A stretch of DNA of 64,000 nucleotides from Eubacteriales bacterium (lineage in GTDB: Bacteria; Bacillota; Clostridia; Oscillospirales; CAG-272), in assembly GCA_045585895.1 (NCBI GenBank), contig JAZMZI010000144.1, positions 647 to 64,646 on the forward strand, in the 5' to 3' direction. The position numbers were made by a program, and so were the translations under genes. Below the pieces are notes generated by a model. The model did not search any database. It saw only the letters and a list, made by a program, of their open reading frames with translations, and was not told the origin of the DNA. This document shows positions 28,237 through 38,038 of the stretch, piece by piece (positions within the stretch are counted from its first letter, which is position 1; the number at the start of each line of letters is the position of its first letter).

Positions 28237-28268
28237 ATACACATAACAAACCAAAGAAAGGACTCACT

Positions 28269-29594
28269 ATGAACGTAAGAATCATCAAAACCCGTAGGAA
28301 TCAGGCACCTATGCAGGAGACAAACGATTATTCCTTCGTTGATTACAAAACACAAGGCAGACAGCTTATTAACTTATATCCTTCGGTCGAATACCAGACT
28401 GTAAAGGGCTTTGGCGGCGCGTTTACCGAGGCGGCATCTACCACACTCGACACCCTCAGCAACGAAAAGCGAAAGCAAATACTTGAAATGTACTTTGACA
28501 AGGAAAAGGGAATCGGTTATTCTATCGGTCGAGTACATATGAACAGTTGTGACTTCTGCCTTGGCAACTATACCTGCGTCGATGAAGGCGACGAAACACT
28601 TGAAACCTTTAATATCGACCGCGACAAAAAATCGGTCATTCCTATGATAAAGGACGCGCTCTCCTATAACGAAAGCATCTCCTTCTTTGCGTCTCCTTGG
28701 AGCCCTCCCGCATATATGAAGGACACGGGCAGAATGAACGAGGGCGGCAAGCTCAAAAAAGAATATTACGAGCTTTGGTCGAAATATTACGTTAAGTTTA
28801 TCGAGGAATACAAGAAAAACGGTATCAATATCGGCGCAATCACCATTCAGAACGAGCCTGCTTCGGCGCAAAAGTGGGATTCCTGTGTCTACACTCCCGA
28901 GGAAGAGCGAGATTTCGTAAAGTACCACCTTGGCAAGAAGATGCACGATCTTGGTGTTAAAATAATGTTCTGGGATCACAATAAGGTTTGGCTCGTTGAC
29001 AGAGCTAATACCGTCCTTAACGATGAAGAAGCCGCTAAGTATATTGATGGCGTTGCTTGCCATTGGTACAGAGGAGACCACTTCGAAAATCTCAGAATCT
29101 TCCACGAGCTTTATCCCACAAAGGATATAGTATTCTCCGAGGGCTGCTACGAGTACAGCCTCGGTGAAATGGATACCGTAAAGATAGGCGAGAAGTACGC
29201 CCACGATATTATCGGTGATTTTGAGAATTTCTGCTCAACCTTCTGCGATTGGAATCTGCTTCTTAACGAAAAGGGAGGTCCCAATCACGTTGGCAACCTC
29301 TGCGACGCGCCCATTATGGTTGATACGCAAACGGGCGATATATATATCCACGATTCCTACTATTACATAGGTCACTTCAGTAAGTACGTCGAAAGCGGCG
29401 CAAAGAGAATAGGCAGCAGTAAATGGGGAAGCGAGATCGAAACCGTTTCCTTCAAAAATCCCGACGGCTCTATCGTTTCCGTAGTGCTTAACAGAGGTAA
29501 CGACGACCTCGAATTTGCGTTCAGGATCGGCGACAACTTTATTAAATGTAATTCGGAATCTCATTCTATCGCAACGTATATTTTTAATGAATAA
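28269..29594 (+). CDS. GH30 glycoside hydrolase (glucosylceramidase-like), cytoplasmic
   Basis: The motifs GFGGAFTEAA, SPWSPPAYMK and ITIQNEP (acid/base Glu context) are present. Confidence 0.88.
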   Translation: MNVRIIKTRRNQAPMQETNDYSFVDYKTQGRQLINLYPSVEYQTVKGFGGAFTEAASTTLDTLSNEKRKQILEMYFDKEKGIGYSIGRVHMNSCDFCLGNYTCVDEGDETLETFNIDRDKKSVIPMIKDALSYNESISFFASPWSPPAYMKDTGRMNEGGKLKKEYYELWSKYYVKFIEEYKKNGINIGAITIQNEPASAQKWDSCVYTPEEERDFVKYHLGKKMHDLGVKIMFWDHNKVWLVDRANTVLNDEEAAKYIDGVACHWYRGDHFENLRIFHELYPTKDIVFSEGCYEYSLGEMDTVKIGEKYAHDIIGDFENFCSTFCDWNLLLNEKGGPNHVGNLCDAPIMVDTQTGDIYIHDSYYYIGHFSKYVESGAKRIGSSKWGSEIETVSFKNPDGSIVSVVLNRGNDDLEFAFRIGDNFIKCNSESHSIATYIFNE

Positions 29595-29602
29595 TTTACA
29601 AT

Positions 29603-29637
29603 AAGGGGCTATCGTTAAGACAGCCCCTTTGCTTTGT
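29603..29637 (+). terminator. Intrinsic terminator after GH30
   Basis: The stem AAGGGGCT...AGCCCCTT is followed by TTTGCTTTG. Confidence 0.7.
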
Positions 29638-29739
29638 CTTAAAATCTACATTTTATACCCCAAAAAACATTGATTTTTATAAAATACGTGTTATAATAAA
29701 TTATCGTAGGATCATAAATCTAAAAGACGGAGGCGTCAA

Positions 29740-30142
29740 ATGATACATTCATTTCTTTTGATAGGTCAATCAAGGGTTCATTCATTGACGGCCGGAATTG
29801 ATTTGACCCAATCGGCGAGGAGGGATACCGAGGCCCGCACGGAATCAATATATGGTTTTGTGAAAATATAACTCTTATGGGATATACCGCGAGAGACTGC
29901 GGTAATTGGGCACACACCATTCAAAACAGCAGTAATTAATGAGACTGCCCTTTGGACATACCTGGTGTTGTAATCGTTCGCTTTCGGACATCACCTTTGA
30001 AAATTGCAATATTGAGGGCATATGCAAGCCACTTGAATTAAATGCACCCGAAAACGAGCCTTTGACTTTTCGTATGATCAACTGTACGGTAACCACTCGT
30101 GAAGGATACGAAAACATACCTTTCATCGTTGGAAAAACATAG
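29740..30142 (+). pseudogene. Decayed carbohydrate-enzyme gene remnants
   Basis: There is an RBS plus ATG at 29740 giving MIHSFLLIGQS, which resembles the LIGQSNMAGRG start of SASA/DUF303 esterases, and then the frame is lost. Other frames give ENITLMGYTARDCGNWAHTIQNS and DITFENCNIEG..FRMINCTV, which resemble parallel beta-helix (GH28-like) repeats. No intact ORF is present. Confidence 0.35.
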
Positions 30143-30208
30143 AAAGAATTGATCTGACGGATACTGTACTTCAAGGATTTGCTGATCCCGCGATAAGTTG
30201 TACTTAAA

Positions 30209-30251
30209 ATAAAAAATACCGATAACGGCTGCTCCGTTATCGATATTTTTT
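30209..30251. terminator. Bidirectional terminator after the esterase gene
   Basis: The stem CGATAACGG / CCGTTATCG is flanked by an A-run and a T-run. Confidence 0.7.
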
Positions 30252-30252
30252 A

Positions 30253-31011
30253 TTAACCCGTGATCTCTTCGTTTTTCGGCGCTCTGTACTGTGAAAGCAA
30301 CCAATTCTTGCAAAGATTCACGTCAAACTGATGTCCACCGTCGAAAATGTCAAGATAAAGCCTTGCCTTAGGATAGCGAACAAGCATTTCGTTAAAGAAA
30401 TCAAGACTTTGCTTAAAGGGAACTACGTTGTCATTTCTGCCGTGAAATATTTTCATATTCGCCTTGGCAATAGTATCGTAGTAATTGATTGCCGAGCGCT
30501 TGAGCATTTCATCGGGATTGGAATTACAGCAGTAATCAACGTGAGGCGCATAGCCGAGAGCTTCGCCCTTCCATCTTTCAAGGTTACTGATAGGCGCGAA
30601 TGCGGCAATTGCCCTGAAATATTCGGGACAGTACCCAGCCATAAGCATTGCCATGTGTCCGCCGCCGCTGAGACCGACAAGAAAGACATTGTTTTTGTCT
30701 ACAACGCTCTCGTTAGCTAAGATATAGTCGATAGCCTCCTTAATATCCTGCTTTGCGTAGACCGAGCCGCAAGCCTTCTCCTTATTGGGATTTCCCGTAA
30801 GATTGTTGCCTCTGAATTCGGGAAGCAGCAAGCTGAAATTCTGTTCCTCGGCAAATTTCAGAAGATACTGTATCATATTAGTCCTGTTATGGCTCCAGGT
30901 ATGAAGCCCGACAAGAAGCAGTCTTTTTTCATTGCCCTCGGCTCTGTAAAAAAGGGAAGGCTGCATAGTATCGTCAAGTGATGATTTTACGTAAAATTCT
31001 TCCTGTATCAT
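30253..31011 (-). CDS. Alpha/beta-hydrolase esterase (S9/acetyl-esterase-like)
   Basis: It has the GLSGGGHMA GxSxG nucleophile elbow and a C-terminal HG..D and GGH context. I chose the ATG at 31011 (MIQEEF) with a GGAGG RBS 7 nt upstream; the track start at 31029 is a TTG. Confidence 0.85.
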   Translation of the reverse strand: MIQEEFYVKSSLDDTMQPSLFYRAEGNEKRLLLVGLHTWSHNRTNMIQYLLKFAEEQNFSLLLPEFRGNNLTGNPNKEKACGSVYAKQDIKEAIDYILANESVVDKNNVFLVGLSGGGHMAMLMAGYCPEYFRAIAAFAPISNLERWKGEALGYAPHVDYCCNSNPDEMLKRSAINYYDTIAKANMKIFHGRNDNVVPFKQSLDFFNEMLVRYPKARLYLDIFDGGHQFDVNLCKNWLLSQYRAPKNEEITG

Positions 31012-31086
31012 ATCATACCTCCAAAACAATCAAGTGATGATTTTACGTAAAATTCTTCCTGTATCATATCATACCTCCAAAACAAT
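30975..31086. repeat. Perfect 56-bp tandem duplication (2 copies)
   Basis: 30975-31030 and 31031-31086 are identical (CAAGTGATGATTTTACGTAAAATTCTTCCTGTATCATATCATACCTCCAAAACAAT). Confidence 0.95.
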
Positions 31087-34000
31087 AACGGATTTTTCGC
31101 TGAAATCAACATCAAGTGTCTTTATTTCACCGTTTCTCGCAACAAACAGCTTGCCTTGACCGATACCTTGTACTCGGACGGTGTTTTCTCCGACCTCAAG
31201 CACGTCGCAATCCTCACAGTCAAACCAAGCGGCAACGCTTTCATTGGCAACAACCTTTATCATCGTGCCGTAGCGCACGTCGATACAGTAATTATTCTCA
31301 CCCGCGCGAATAGTAGCGGTGTGTGTAGGCTCTGCCGCATCAAACCAATCGATAGCAAGGAAATAGATATGCCTTGAGCCGTCTGCCTGCTCAAAGACGC
31401 TAAAGTGAACTCTGTCGTCGCCCTTTGCCCAGATCTTTTCCTCAGCAAAGCATTCTTCGGAAATATTTGCAACAAACTCACGAGTTGCGGAATAAATTGC
31501 GGAATTTCCTGCGTATTCAAGGGTATTGAGAACGTAAACTGTGCCGCCTCCAAAGCTAAATTCATAAATGAGCGTATTTCCGTTGTCGGTCTTCTTTATA
31601 ACTGTTGCACCTTCGGGAATATTAACGTTTACTCGGATCTCTTTTCCTTTAAAAGCATCCTCAACGAAGCTTATTTCAGGCGCAACCGATCTTGCAAAAG
31701 AATGATCGATATAGTCAAGCTGATAATTTTCAATATCGTCTCTCAACGTAGTGGTAGACAACTGCGCCAGACCGATAAAGAGCTTTCCACCTCCATTCAC
31801 GAAGCTTTCAAGCTTGTCCATATCCTCGGAAAGGGCTTTATTATAGCCAACGGCGCAAATCAGCTTGTACCCATTGAAATCCTTCGCTTCGATAGGCAAA
31901 ATATCAACTCCGCCCATAGGTGTGCCGCTGTAAAAACCAACCGGCTTGTCCTTGGGACAAGGGTGACGGTAGAGGGATCCGTGATGACTCAAGGGATAGA
32001 ATACGTCAAGCATATCCCATGCGTTTTCGGGATCACCGTACTGAATATCGGTTCGTCCCCAATGTGTATTCTTTCCACCGAAATATTTCCAGCCGTCGTA
32101 TCTTCCGTTAAGCATAGCAACGGGAGTGTAGAAGCTTCCGCTTCTTGAGTGAGTCAAAACGTATCTGTTAAAATCCTTCTGCTCCTTTAAGTGGTCGAGA
32201 CACGCGGAAGAGAATCGGTTGTGGTAGGCAAAATATTCCTCCATTCTCCAAAGTCCTTCCTCGGTGTTTATCTCGTCCACACTCTGAATATAAGTGTTGT
32301 AGAGAGCCAAACGGTAGCGCTTGGAGTGCTCTGCGGCGTCGTGGGGAGTTGTAGACCATTGAGTTGCCAGATGTCCTCCCGTCTTGCCGCCGTAGACCTT
32401 TGCCGCACTCCTGAGAGCCGCGCAGGTCACCTCGTTGGAGGAGTACATAAGCTCGGCACCCGTCCAGGAATACCCCGCCTGATAGAAATATTTGAACAGC
32501 GTTGCAGGACCCGTGTGTCTCGTAGAGCCGTCACGGGAAGCGGCAAGGCTGTTTACTACGAAATCCGAGGCAGCCTTCATATCTCGCGGTACGGTGTGGT
32601 CGCGGCATACCTCAAGCTTGCCGCCGCGCTCGTAATAAGTTTCGGGGGAGTATCTTACGTTCATTCTTTCGTGATCTTTCATAAAGAAGCGCACGAAAAG
32701 ATCGTTAAACATTTGCTCGTTAAGGTTGTTCGAAGCATCCTTACCGCAACGGCTCCAATAAACGTACGCACCGTCAAGCTCGTGTGTTTGTCTGCCGAGG
32801 AAATTTTGAGACTCAAGATCTTCAAACGTGGGATTGGCGTTACAGCCCTGAAGCTCGCGTCCGTCTCTCATGTGAGAGACCTTTATTCCGAGAGAGTTGA
32901 GGAGGTCGGCGGTCTCGCGCCAAAGCTTACTGTCAGCGCTTCTTGAGCCGCACCAACGGTAGGTAGGACGTACTGTCAACAGTTTTCCTATGTCGTTTGA
33001 AAGATACCAAGCAATATAGTTTTCAAAATCACGCTTGTTCTGGTTGATATAGACCATATCTCCCGTACCCGTGATAACGCCGTCATCATCGCGCTCGACA
33101 ACTCGGGAAATGCTGCACTCAACGTTATCGGATTCGCTTATCAGCCTGAAGAAAACATCGTTTTGAGGCTTGTCGCAGGTAAATTTCAGTACGTTAAGTC
33201 CGGTTTTTTCGCATATAAGCTCACCACAGGAAGTAACATCGTCATTTCCTTCAAGAGTGAAGGAAAGCTTTTCCTTTTCTGTTCTCAAAAGAATAGAAAA
33301 TTCCTCGCCGGCGCTTACTACCTCGGGACACCACAAAAGCATATCTCGTCTCACGGAAACGACGCCAAGCTCGTGAATATTATATGGAGCGGCATCTCTG
33401 TAATTACTTGTATGCGTAATTTCAAGAGTGTTATTTCCGTTTCTTGCAACTCCGCGAGGAATAGTGAACTCCCACTCGGAATAGCGGTGGCAACGCTCAA
33501 AAATCTCGCCGTTGTAGATAGTCTCACCGTTAAGTTTAACAATAAAGCTCGGCCATTCGACCTTGGAAAGATTAACGCCTATCCAGTTAAATTCAGGCTT
33601 GTCCTCAAGGAAGGGAAGAAAATCGTGAAGTATGCTTACGCCGTTTTCCGAGCAGAAATAGGGCTTTTCAAAATAGACCTTGCCCGAATAACGCATACCC
33701 TCAAGATAAATGCAAACGCTTGCGACAGGCGCTTTAACGGGAGGAAGTGCTGTCTCAAGATCGCTCCAATCATAACCGCCCTCTGGAATATCAATGACAG
33801 CAGTTAAATCGGGCTCGTTATATACCAAGCGTTTGTCCTGACCCGCCTTCACGTATCTCAACTCAACTAAAAGATGAAGATACCCGCCCTCGTGAATCTT
33901 CAAATTTTCTGCCTTTGCGGAAATACCCAAGCGCCATACCGAGCCACCTCCGTAATAGCGGGGCCACCAAAGTATCTTGTGATATGCGATCTTTGGAAAA

Positions 34001-34269
34001 TCAAAATTATCAGCACTCATATCAAGAGCAAATCTCGCCTTGTTTGCCTCGGATGAGGAAAGGGAATCATCGATCCTTCTGTAAAGATACTGATAATCGG
34101 GTTCAGTCTTCCAATTGTAGAAGATGCCCGTCTCACCCGTCATAAAAATACGGTCTGCGGCAGTTGCATCCTCAATTTCAAAATCAATTGAATAGCTCTT
34201 GCCGGGGCGCAGGCAAATGTCATTGTCTTGCTTACATAAAAGAATTCTTTTATAACTCTCAAAATTCAT
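31069..34269 (-). CDS. Large uncharacterised cytoplasmic protein (1066 aa), candidate novel carbohydrate-active enzyme
   Basis: It is an uninterrupted ORF in an operon position with no signal peptide. I recognise no family motif. Confidence 0.85.
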   Translation of the reverse strand: MNFESYKRILLCKQDNDICLRPGKSYSIDFEIEDATAADRIFMTGETGIFYNWKTEPDYQYLYRRIDDSLSSSEANKARFALDMSADNFDFPKIAYHKILWWPRYYGGGSVWRLGISAKAENLKIHEGGYLHLLVELRYVKAGQDKRLVYNEPDLTAVIDIPEGGYDWSDLETALPPVKAPVASVCIYLEGMRYSGKVYFEKPYFCSENGVSILHDFLPFLEDKPEFNWIGVNLSKVEWPSFIVKLNGETIYNGEIFERCHRYSEWEFTIPRGVARNGNNTLEITHTSNYRDAAPYNIHELGVVSVRRDMLLWCPEVVSAGEEFSILLRTEKEKLSFTLEGNDDVTSCGELICEKTGLNVLKFTCDKPQNDVFFRLISESDNVECSISRVVERDDDGVITGTGDMVYINQNKRDFENYIAWYLSNDIGKLLTVRPTYRWCGSRSADSKLWRETADLLNSLGIKVSHMRDGRELQGCNANPTFEDLESQNFLGRQTHELDGAYVYWSRCGKDASNNLNEQMFNDLFVRFFMKDHERMNVRYSPETYYERGGKLEVCRDHTVPRDMKAASDFVVNSLAASRDGSTRHTGPATLFKYFYQAGYSWTGAELMYSSNEVTCAALRSAAKVYGGKTGGHLATQWSTTPHDAAEHSKRYRLALYNTYIQSVDEINTEEGLWRMEEYFAYHNRFSSACLDHLKEQKDFNRYVLTHSRSGSFYTPVAMLNGRYDGWKYFGGKNTHWGRTDIQYGDPENAWDMLDVFYPLSHHGSLYRHPCPKDKPVGFYSGTPMGGVDILPIEAKDFNGYKLICAVGYNKALSEDMDKLESFVNGGGKLFIGLAQLSTTTLRDDIENYQLDYIDHSFARSVAPEISFVEDAFKGKEIRVNVNIPEGATVIKKTDNGNTLIYEFSFGGGTVYVLNTLEYAGNSAIYSATREFVANISEECFAEEKIWAKGDDRVHFSVFEQADGSRHIYFLAIDWFDAAEPTHTATIRAGENNYCIDVRYGTMIKVVANESVAAWFDCEDCDVLEVGENTVRVQGIGQGKLFVARNGEIKTLDVDFSEKSVIVLEV

Positions 34270-34283
34270 AATAAACCTCCGAA

Positions 34284-35240
34284 TTAAAGCTTATTAACTA
34301 TACTGTGCGGTCTCTCGCCCTTGAGATAACGTACAACGTTGTCTCCGACCTCTTCGTGAATTGCTACCAAAGCCACGTCAGTATTCCAAGCAACGTGAGG
34401 CGTAAGCACCGCGCAAGGGAAAGACGTGAGCTTTTCATCGATAGGATTTCTTTCGTCCTCAAAAACGTCAAGTCCTACGCCAGCGATAAGTCCCTCTTCA
34501 AGAGCCTCGACAAGCTCCTTTTCGTTTATAATCGGTCCGCGGCTCGTGTTTATAAGTATCGCGGTCTTTTTCATTTTTGAGATCAGGTTTTTACTGAAAA
34601 AGTGGCGTGTCTTATCGTTCAGCGGCATATGTATTGAAACGAAATCAGCGGATGCAAGAAGCTCATCGATCTCCAGTTTTTCAGCACCGAATTCGGCAAC
34701 GATATCATCAGAGACGAATGGGTCGTAAACCAAAGGCTTCATTGATAAACCGTTTGTCATTTTGCAAAGTGCTCGTCCGATATTTCCAAAGCCGACAAAA
34801 CCAATGGTCTTGCCCGATAAACGAATAAACGGAGGCATTCCCGGACCCCATAGTCCCGCTTTTGCTCTTTCATGCATAGGAACTATCTTTTTAGAGGACG
34901 CCAAAATCAAAGCAAGTGCGTGTTCGGCAACGTCCTGAACACCATAGTTGGGAGCATTGCAAACGTATATGCCCCTCTTCGCTGCCGTTTCAAGATCGAC
35001 GTTATCATAGCCTATACCATAGCGAATAATAAGCTTGCATTTTTCAAGTGAATTTATTACTCTTTCGTTTAATTTCGTTGCAGTGAAGAGTACCACTTCA
35101 GCGTCGCGTATATCACGAATAACGTCATCCTCGTTTACTGCACTTGAAAAAATAAGCTCTACGTCCGGAAATCTTCCAAACGCATCGATTTCATATTGAT
35201 AACTGTTAAGATCTCCGCAGAGTATTACTACTTTCCTCAT
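34284..35240 (-). CDS. D-isomer-specific 2-hydroxyacid dehydrogenase family protein
   Basis: It has the GFVGFGNIGRAL NAD-binding motif and the C-terminal LTPHVAW catalytic His context. Confidence 0.85.
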   Translation of the reverse strand: MRKVVILCGDLNSYQYEIDAFGRFPDVELIFSSAVNEDDVIRDIRDAEVVLFTATKLNERVINSLEKCKLIIRYGIGYDNVDLETAAKRGIYVCNAPNYGVQDVAEHALALILASSKKIVPMHERAKAGLWGPGMPPFIRLSGKTIGFVGFGNIGRALCKMTNGLSMKPLVYDPFVSDDIVAEFGAEKLEIDELLASADFVSIHMPLNDKTRHFFSKNLISKMKKTAILINTSRGPIINEKELVEALEEGLIAGVGLDVFEDERNPIDEKLTSFPCAVLTPHVAWNTDVALVAIHEEVGDNVVRYLKGERPHSIVNKL

Positions 35241-35330
35241 TCCCTAAACTTTCCTTTCTGAATTTGATCTTCAATTTTAAAGTAGCGTTTTGCATCATTT
35301 TCGATACAAAACGCCCTATAAATCAGCACT

Positions 35331-36212
35331 TCATTTAAGATAAACTTTTTTGGCGTTTTCACCCATAACCAGCGTAAGTTCACTATCACTGAAAATGCCG
35401 CTTGTACGAACTCGTTCGATCATTTGGGAATAGCTTGTGCGCAAAAGTACACCGGGCACGTCGGTTCCCCATATCATACGATCGGCACCGATGACTTGCT
35501 TTAGAGATTTCAAATAATCCGCTTGACCGATAACGTCAACGTTGGCAAAATCCATATAAAAATTATCACCTGTCAATCTCTTTGCCATCGAAAGCCTTTC
35601 CTCATTTTGACCGTCGTTGGTGGGGAACAGACTGTGAGCCATAACAAAATTAACGTTTCTATACGTCTCTGTCACTTCTTTAAAAGCTTCAAAATCAAAA
35701 CTTGACATTTTCTTTGTTCCCATATCAAAAGTAACGGTCAAGCCCAGTGCATCTGCTTTTTTCAATAACTTGCTAAAGGCATCATCATTTATCTTAAGAT
35801 TTTGATGATACCCCGAAAGTCCCCACTCAGAGGATATTTCAAATTTTAAAGCTTTAAAATTATATCTCGAAATCAGATTGTCAAAAATTTCATCGGCATA
35901 AAGAGCGTAAGGATCGATTGCCCCAACGGCAGTAAGTCTTTCGGGATACTTTGCGGCGGCTTCCGCCATATAATCGTTGTGAAAGCCGTAATTCCCGCCC
36001 TGAAGAAGTATCGCGCGGTCAACTCCACCCTCGTCCATCAATCTGATCAGGGTTTCGGCATGAAATCCTGTATCTCCGTATTCGGCAGGGAAGAATTGCT
36101 CAACCTTGCCAGTTGCCCATATTCCCTTGCCGCCGCCAAGCGGACGAAACTCTCCCTTCGCGCCATAGCCCTTAAGTACTTCGTATATGTGCGCGTGCGC
36201 GTCGATAATCAT
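35331..36212 (-). CDS. Amidohydrolase_2 (PF04909-type) metal-dependent hydrolase, lactonase- or decarboxylase-like
   Basis: It has the MIIDAHAHIY N-terminal HxH, plus downstream AHS and WGTDVP motifs. Confidence 0.8.
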   Translation of the reverse strand: MIIDAHAHIYEVLKGYGAKGEFRPLGGGKGIWATGKVEQFFPAEYGDTGFHAETLIRLMDEGGVDRAILLQGGNYGFHNDYMAEAAAKYPERLTAVGAIDPYALYADEIFDNLISRYNFKALKFEISSEWGLSGYHQNLKINDDAFSKLLKKADALGLTVTFDMGTKKMSSFDFEAFKEVTETYRNVNFVMAHSLFPTNDGQNEERLSMAKRLTGDNFYMDFANVDVIGQADYLKSLKQVIGADRMIWGTDVPGVLLRTSYSQMIERVRTSGIFSDSELTLVMGENAKKVYLK

Positions 36213-36214
36213 AA

Positions 36215-36985
36215 TTAAAGTTCCTCAATGAGACCTTTAACTCTTTTTACCTCATTGGTAAGCATTCCAAATTCGGTGTTGACCCAGAATATGTTCATTC
36301 CTTCGTCGTACCACTTTTTCATAGCGGCATCGGTTGTCATAAAGATACCGCAGCTCTTGCCGTGAGCGTTGCTTACCTTTATGCACTTGCGAATATAGTT
36401 GTCGTATGTATCGTCGGGCTTGGGACAATCAAACGATGGATATCCCATAGAGGACTCCAGATCGTTGGGACCAACGATTATGCCAGCAACCTGATCTCCG
36501 TATTTAGTAAGCATTTCGTCAAGAAGATCAATACCTTGAGGTGATTCCATCTGAAGGAAAAGAAGTCTGTTTCTGTTGAATGCGGCAATATCCTCACCGG
36601 GGCGCAGGCAGGCACGTCCACCAACACCTTTTTTGCCGAGAGGGGGCATACGCAAGGAACGAATTGCCGTCTCTACCTGCTCCATAGTCTCGGTGCGGGG
36701 AATAAGCACGCCGTCAGCACCCATATCGATACACTTGGAAATGCAGTGATATTCGCAATCCTGAACTCTTACGATAAGGGGAATATCAACGTATCTGCAA
36801 GCCTGTGCTACGTCACCGATATTCTCGGGGCAAAAGGCTCCGTGCTCGCAGCACATGAGAATATAGTCCATTCCGCAGCTTTTATACATCTCGGGAAGTC
36901 TCGTATTGTTCCATTCAAAAAGCATAGTAGAAAATATTTTTTCTCTTTTTGCCATTTTTTCCTTTAATCTGTCTACGCCGTTCAT
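36215..36985 (-). CDS. HpcH/HpaI-family 2-keto-3-deoxy-acid aldolase
   Basis: The motifs DYILMCCEHG, LIVRV, DGVLIPR, LQMESPQG, and VGPNDL are present. I preferred the ATG at 36985 because of the AGGA RBS. Confidence 0.8.
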   Translation of the reverse strand: MNGVDRLKEKMAKREKIFSTMLFEWNNTRLPEMYKSCGMDYILMCCEHGAFCPENIGDVAQACRYVDIPLIVRVQDCEYHCISKCIDMGADGVLIPRTETMEQVETAIRSLRMPPLGKKGVGGRACLRPGEDIAAFNRNRLLFLQMESPQGIDLLDEMLTKYGDQVAGIIVGPNDLESSMGYPSFDCPKPDDTYDNYIRKCIKVSNAHGKSCGIFMTTDAAMKKWYDEGMNIFWVNTEFGMLTNEVKRVKGLIEEL

Positions 36986-37177
36986 TTTTGTCCTCATTTT
37001 CTAGAATTATATAAAATTTGCAGTAAAATCAAAAATCTATTGATTTTTTGCATAATATGTGATAAAGTTAATATAATACCACATTTTAATTATACACAAA
37101 ATAATACTGTTTTTTTAATAGCATATAATACACAAAAGCTGAATTATATTACGAAATGTATTTATTTAAGAGGATTT

Positions 37178-38038
37178 ATGTCAAGTTTAATAAATGTTGA
37201 AAAGCTTTATACGGTGAATTTTTTTGACCTCTCGCCATCCTTTAACACTTCTGTTCATAATCATAGTGATTGGGAATTCCTATATGTAGACAGCGGAGGA
37301 TTTGATTGCGTAATAGAAGGCGAAAGCAGATTCATAAGGCAGGGCGAAGTGCTGTTTCATCAACCCCACGAAAAACATCGCACAGTATGTAACGGAAAGA
37401 ATGCAGCCTCTATTTTTAATATGCACTTCATAACTTATTCACCTTCCATGGAATATTTTAAAGGTAAAGTTATTACGGTTACTCCAACCGCTCTGGATAC
37501 TTTGAAAAAGCTTATTAACGAATGTAGTGCTACGTATCGAGTTTCGGAACATCCAATGGAGTTGAGCAACACACCACCTTTGGGAGGAGAGCAAATGACT
37601 ATTCTTCTCCTTGAAGAATTTTTGATTTTGCTGATGCGCGATTCGGAAAACGGTACGACTAATGCAAAAACGCCTGTTAATCAAACGTGCTCCGTGTCGC
37701 AAATAGAGGAAATATGCGAGTATCTCAAAGCTAACGTTTACTGGAAGATCACTCTAAACGATCTTGTTGAAAGGTTTCATTTCAGCAAAAGCTTTCTTTG
37801 TGAGCAATTCAAGATCAATAAAGGGAATTCCCCTATAAACTATTTTCTTGAGCTTAAAATTACCGAGGCTAAAAGATTATTGCGCGAGGATGATGTCACC
37901 ATAACCGAAATAGCCGAAAAACTTAGCTTTGAAAGTCCCGAATATTTTTCAAGATATTTTAAAAAATGTGTTGGACGTTCTCCCCGAGACTACAGAAAAA
38001 TGCTGATAAACGATGCAAGCTTACGCAAAATAAAATAA
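37178..38038 (+). CDS. AraC-family transcriptional regulator (cupin plus HTH_18)
   Basis: It has the C-terminal double HTH (ITEIAEKLSFESPEYFSRYFKK). I chose the start at 37178 with an AAGAGGA RBS; the upstream track extension is AT-rich promoter DNA. Confidence 0.85.
   Translation: MSSLINVEKLYTVNFFDLSPSFNTSVHNHSDWEFLYVDSGGFDCVIEGESRFIRQGEVLFHQPHEKHRTVCNGKNAASIFNMHFITYSPSMEYFKGKVITVTPTALDTLKKLINECSATYRVSEHPMELSNTPPLGGEQMTILLLEEFLILLMRDSENGTTNAKTPVNQTCSVSQIEEICEYLKANVYWKITLNDLVERFHFSKSFLCEQFKINKGNSPINYFLELKITEAKRLLREDDVTITEIAEKLSFESPEYFSRYFKKCVGRSPRDYRKMLINDASLRKIK

Noticed and set aside
28374-29204. 276-aa minus-strand ORF
   Set aside because: It is antisense to the GH30 gene.
37040-37177. 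N-terminal extension of the AraC ORF given in the track
   Set aside because: The extension covers AT-rich promoter-like DNA. A strong RBS precedes the internal ATG at 37178, and AraC proteins of this type are about 280-300 aa.
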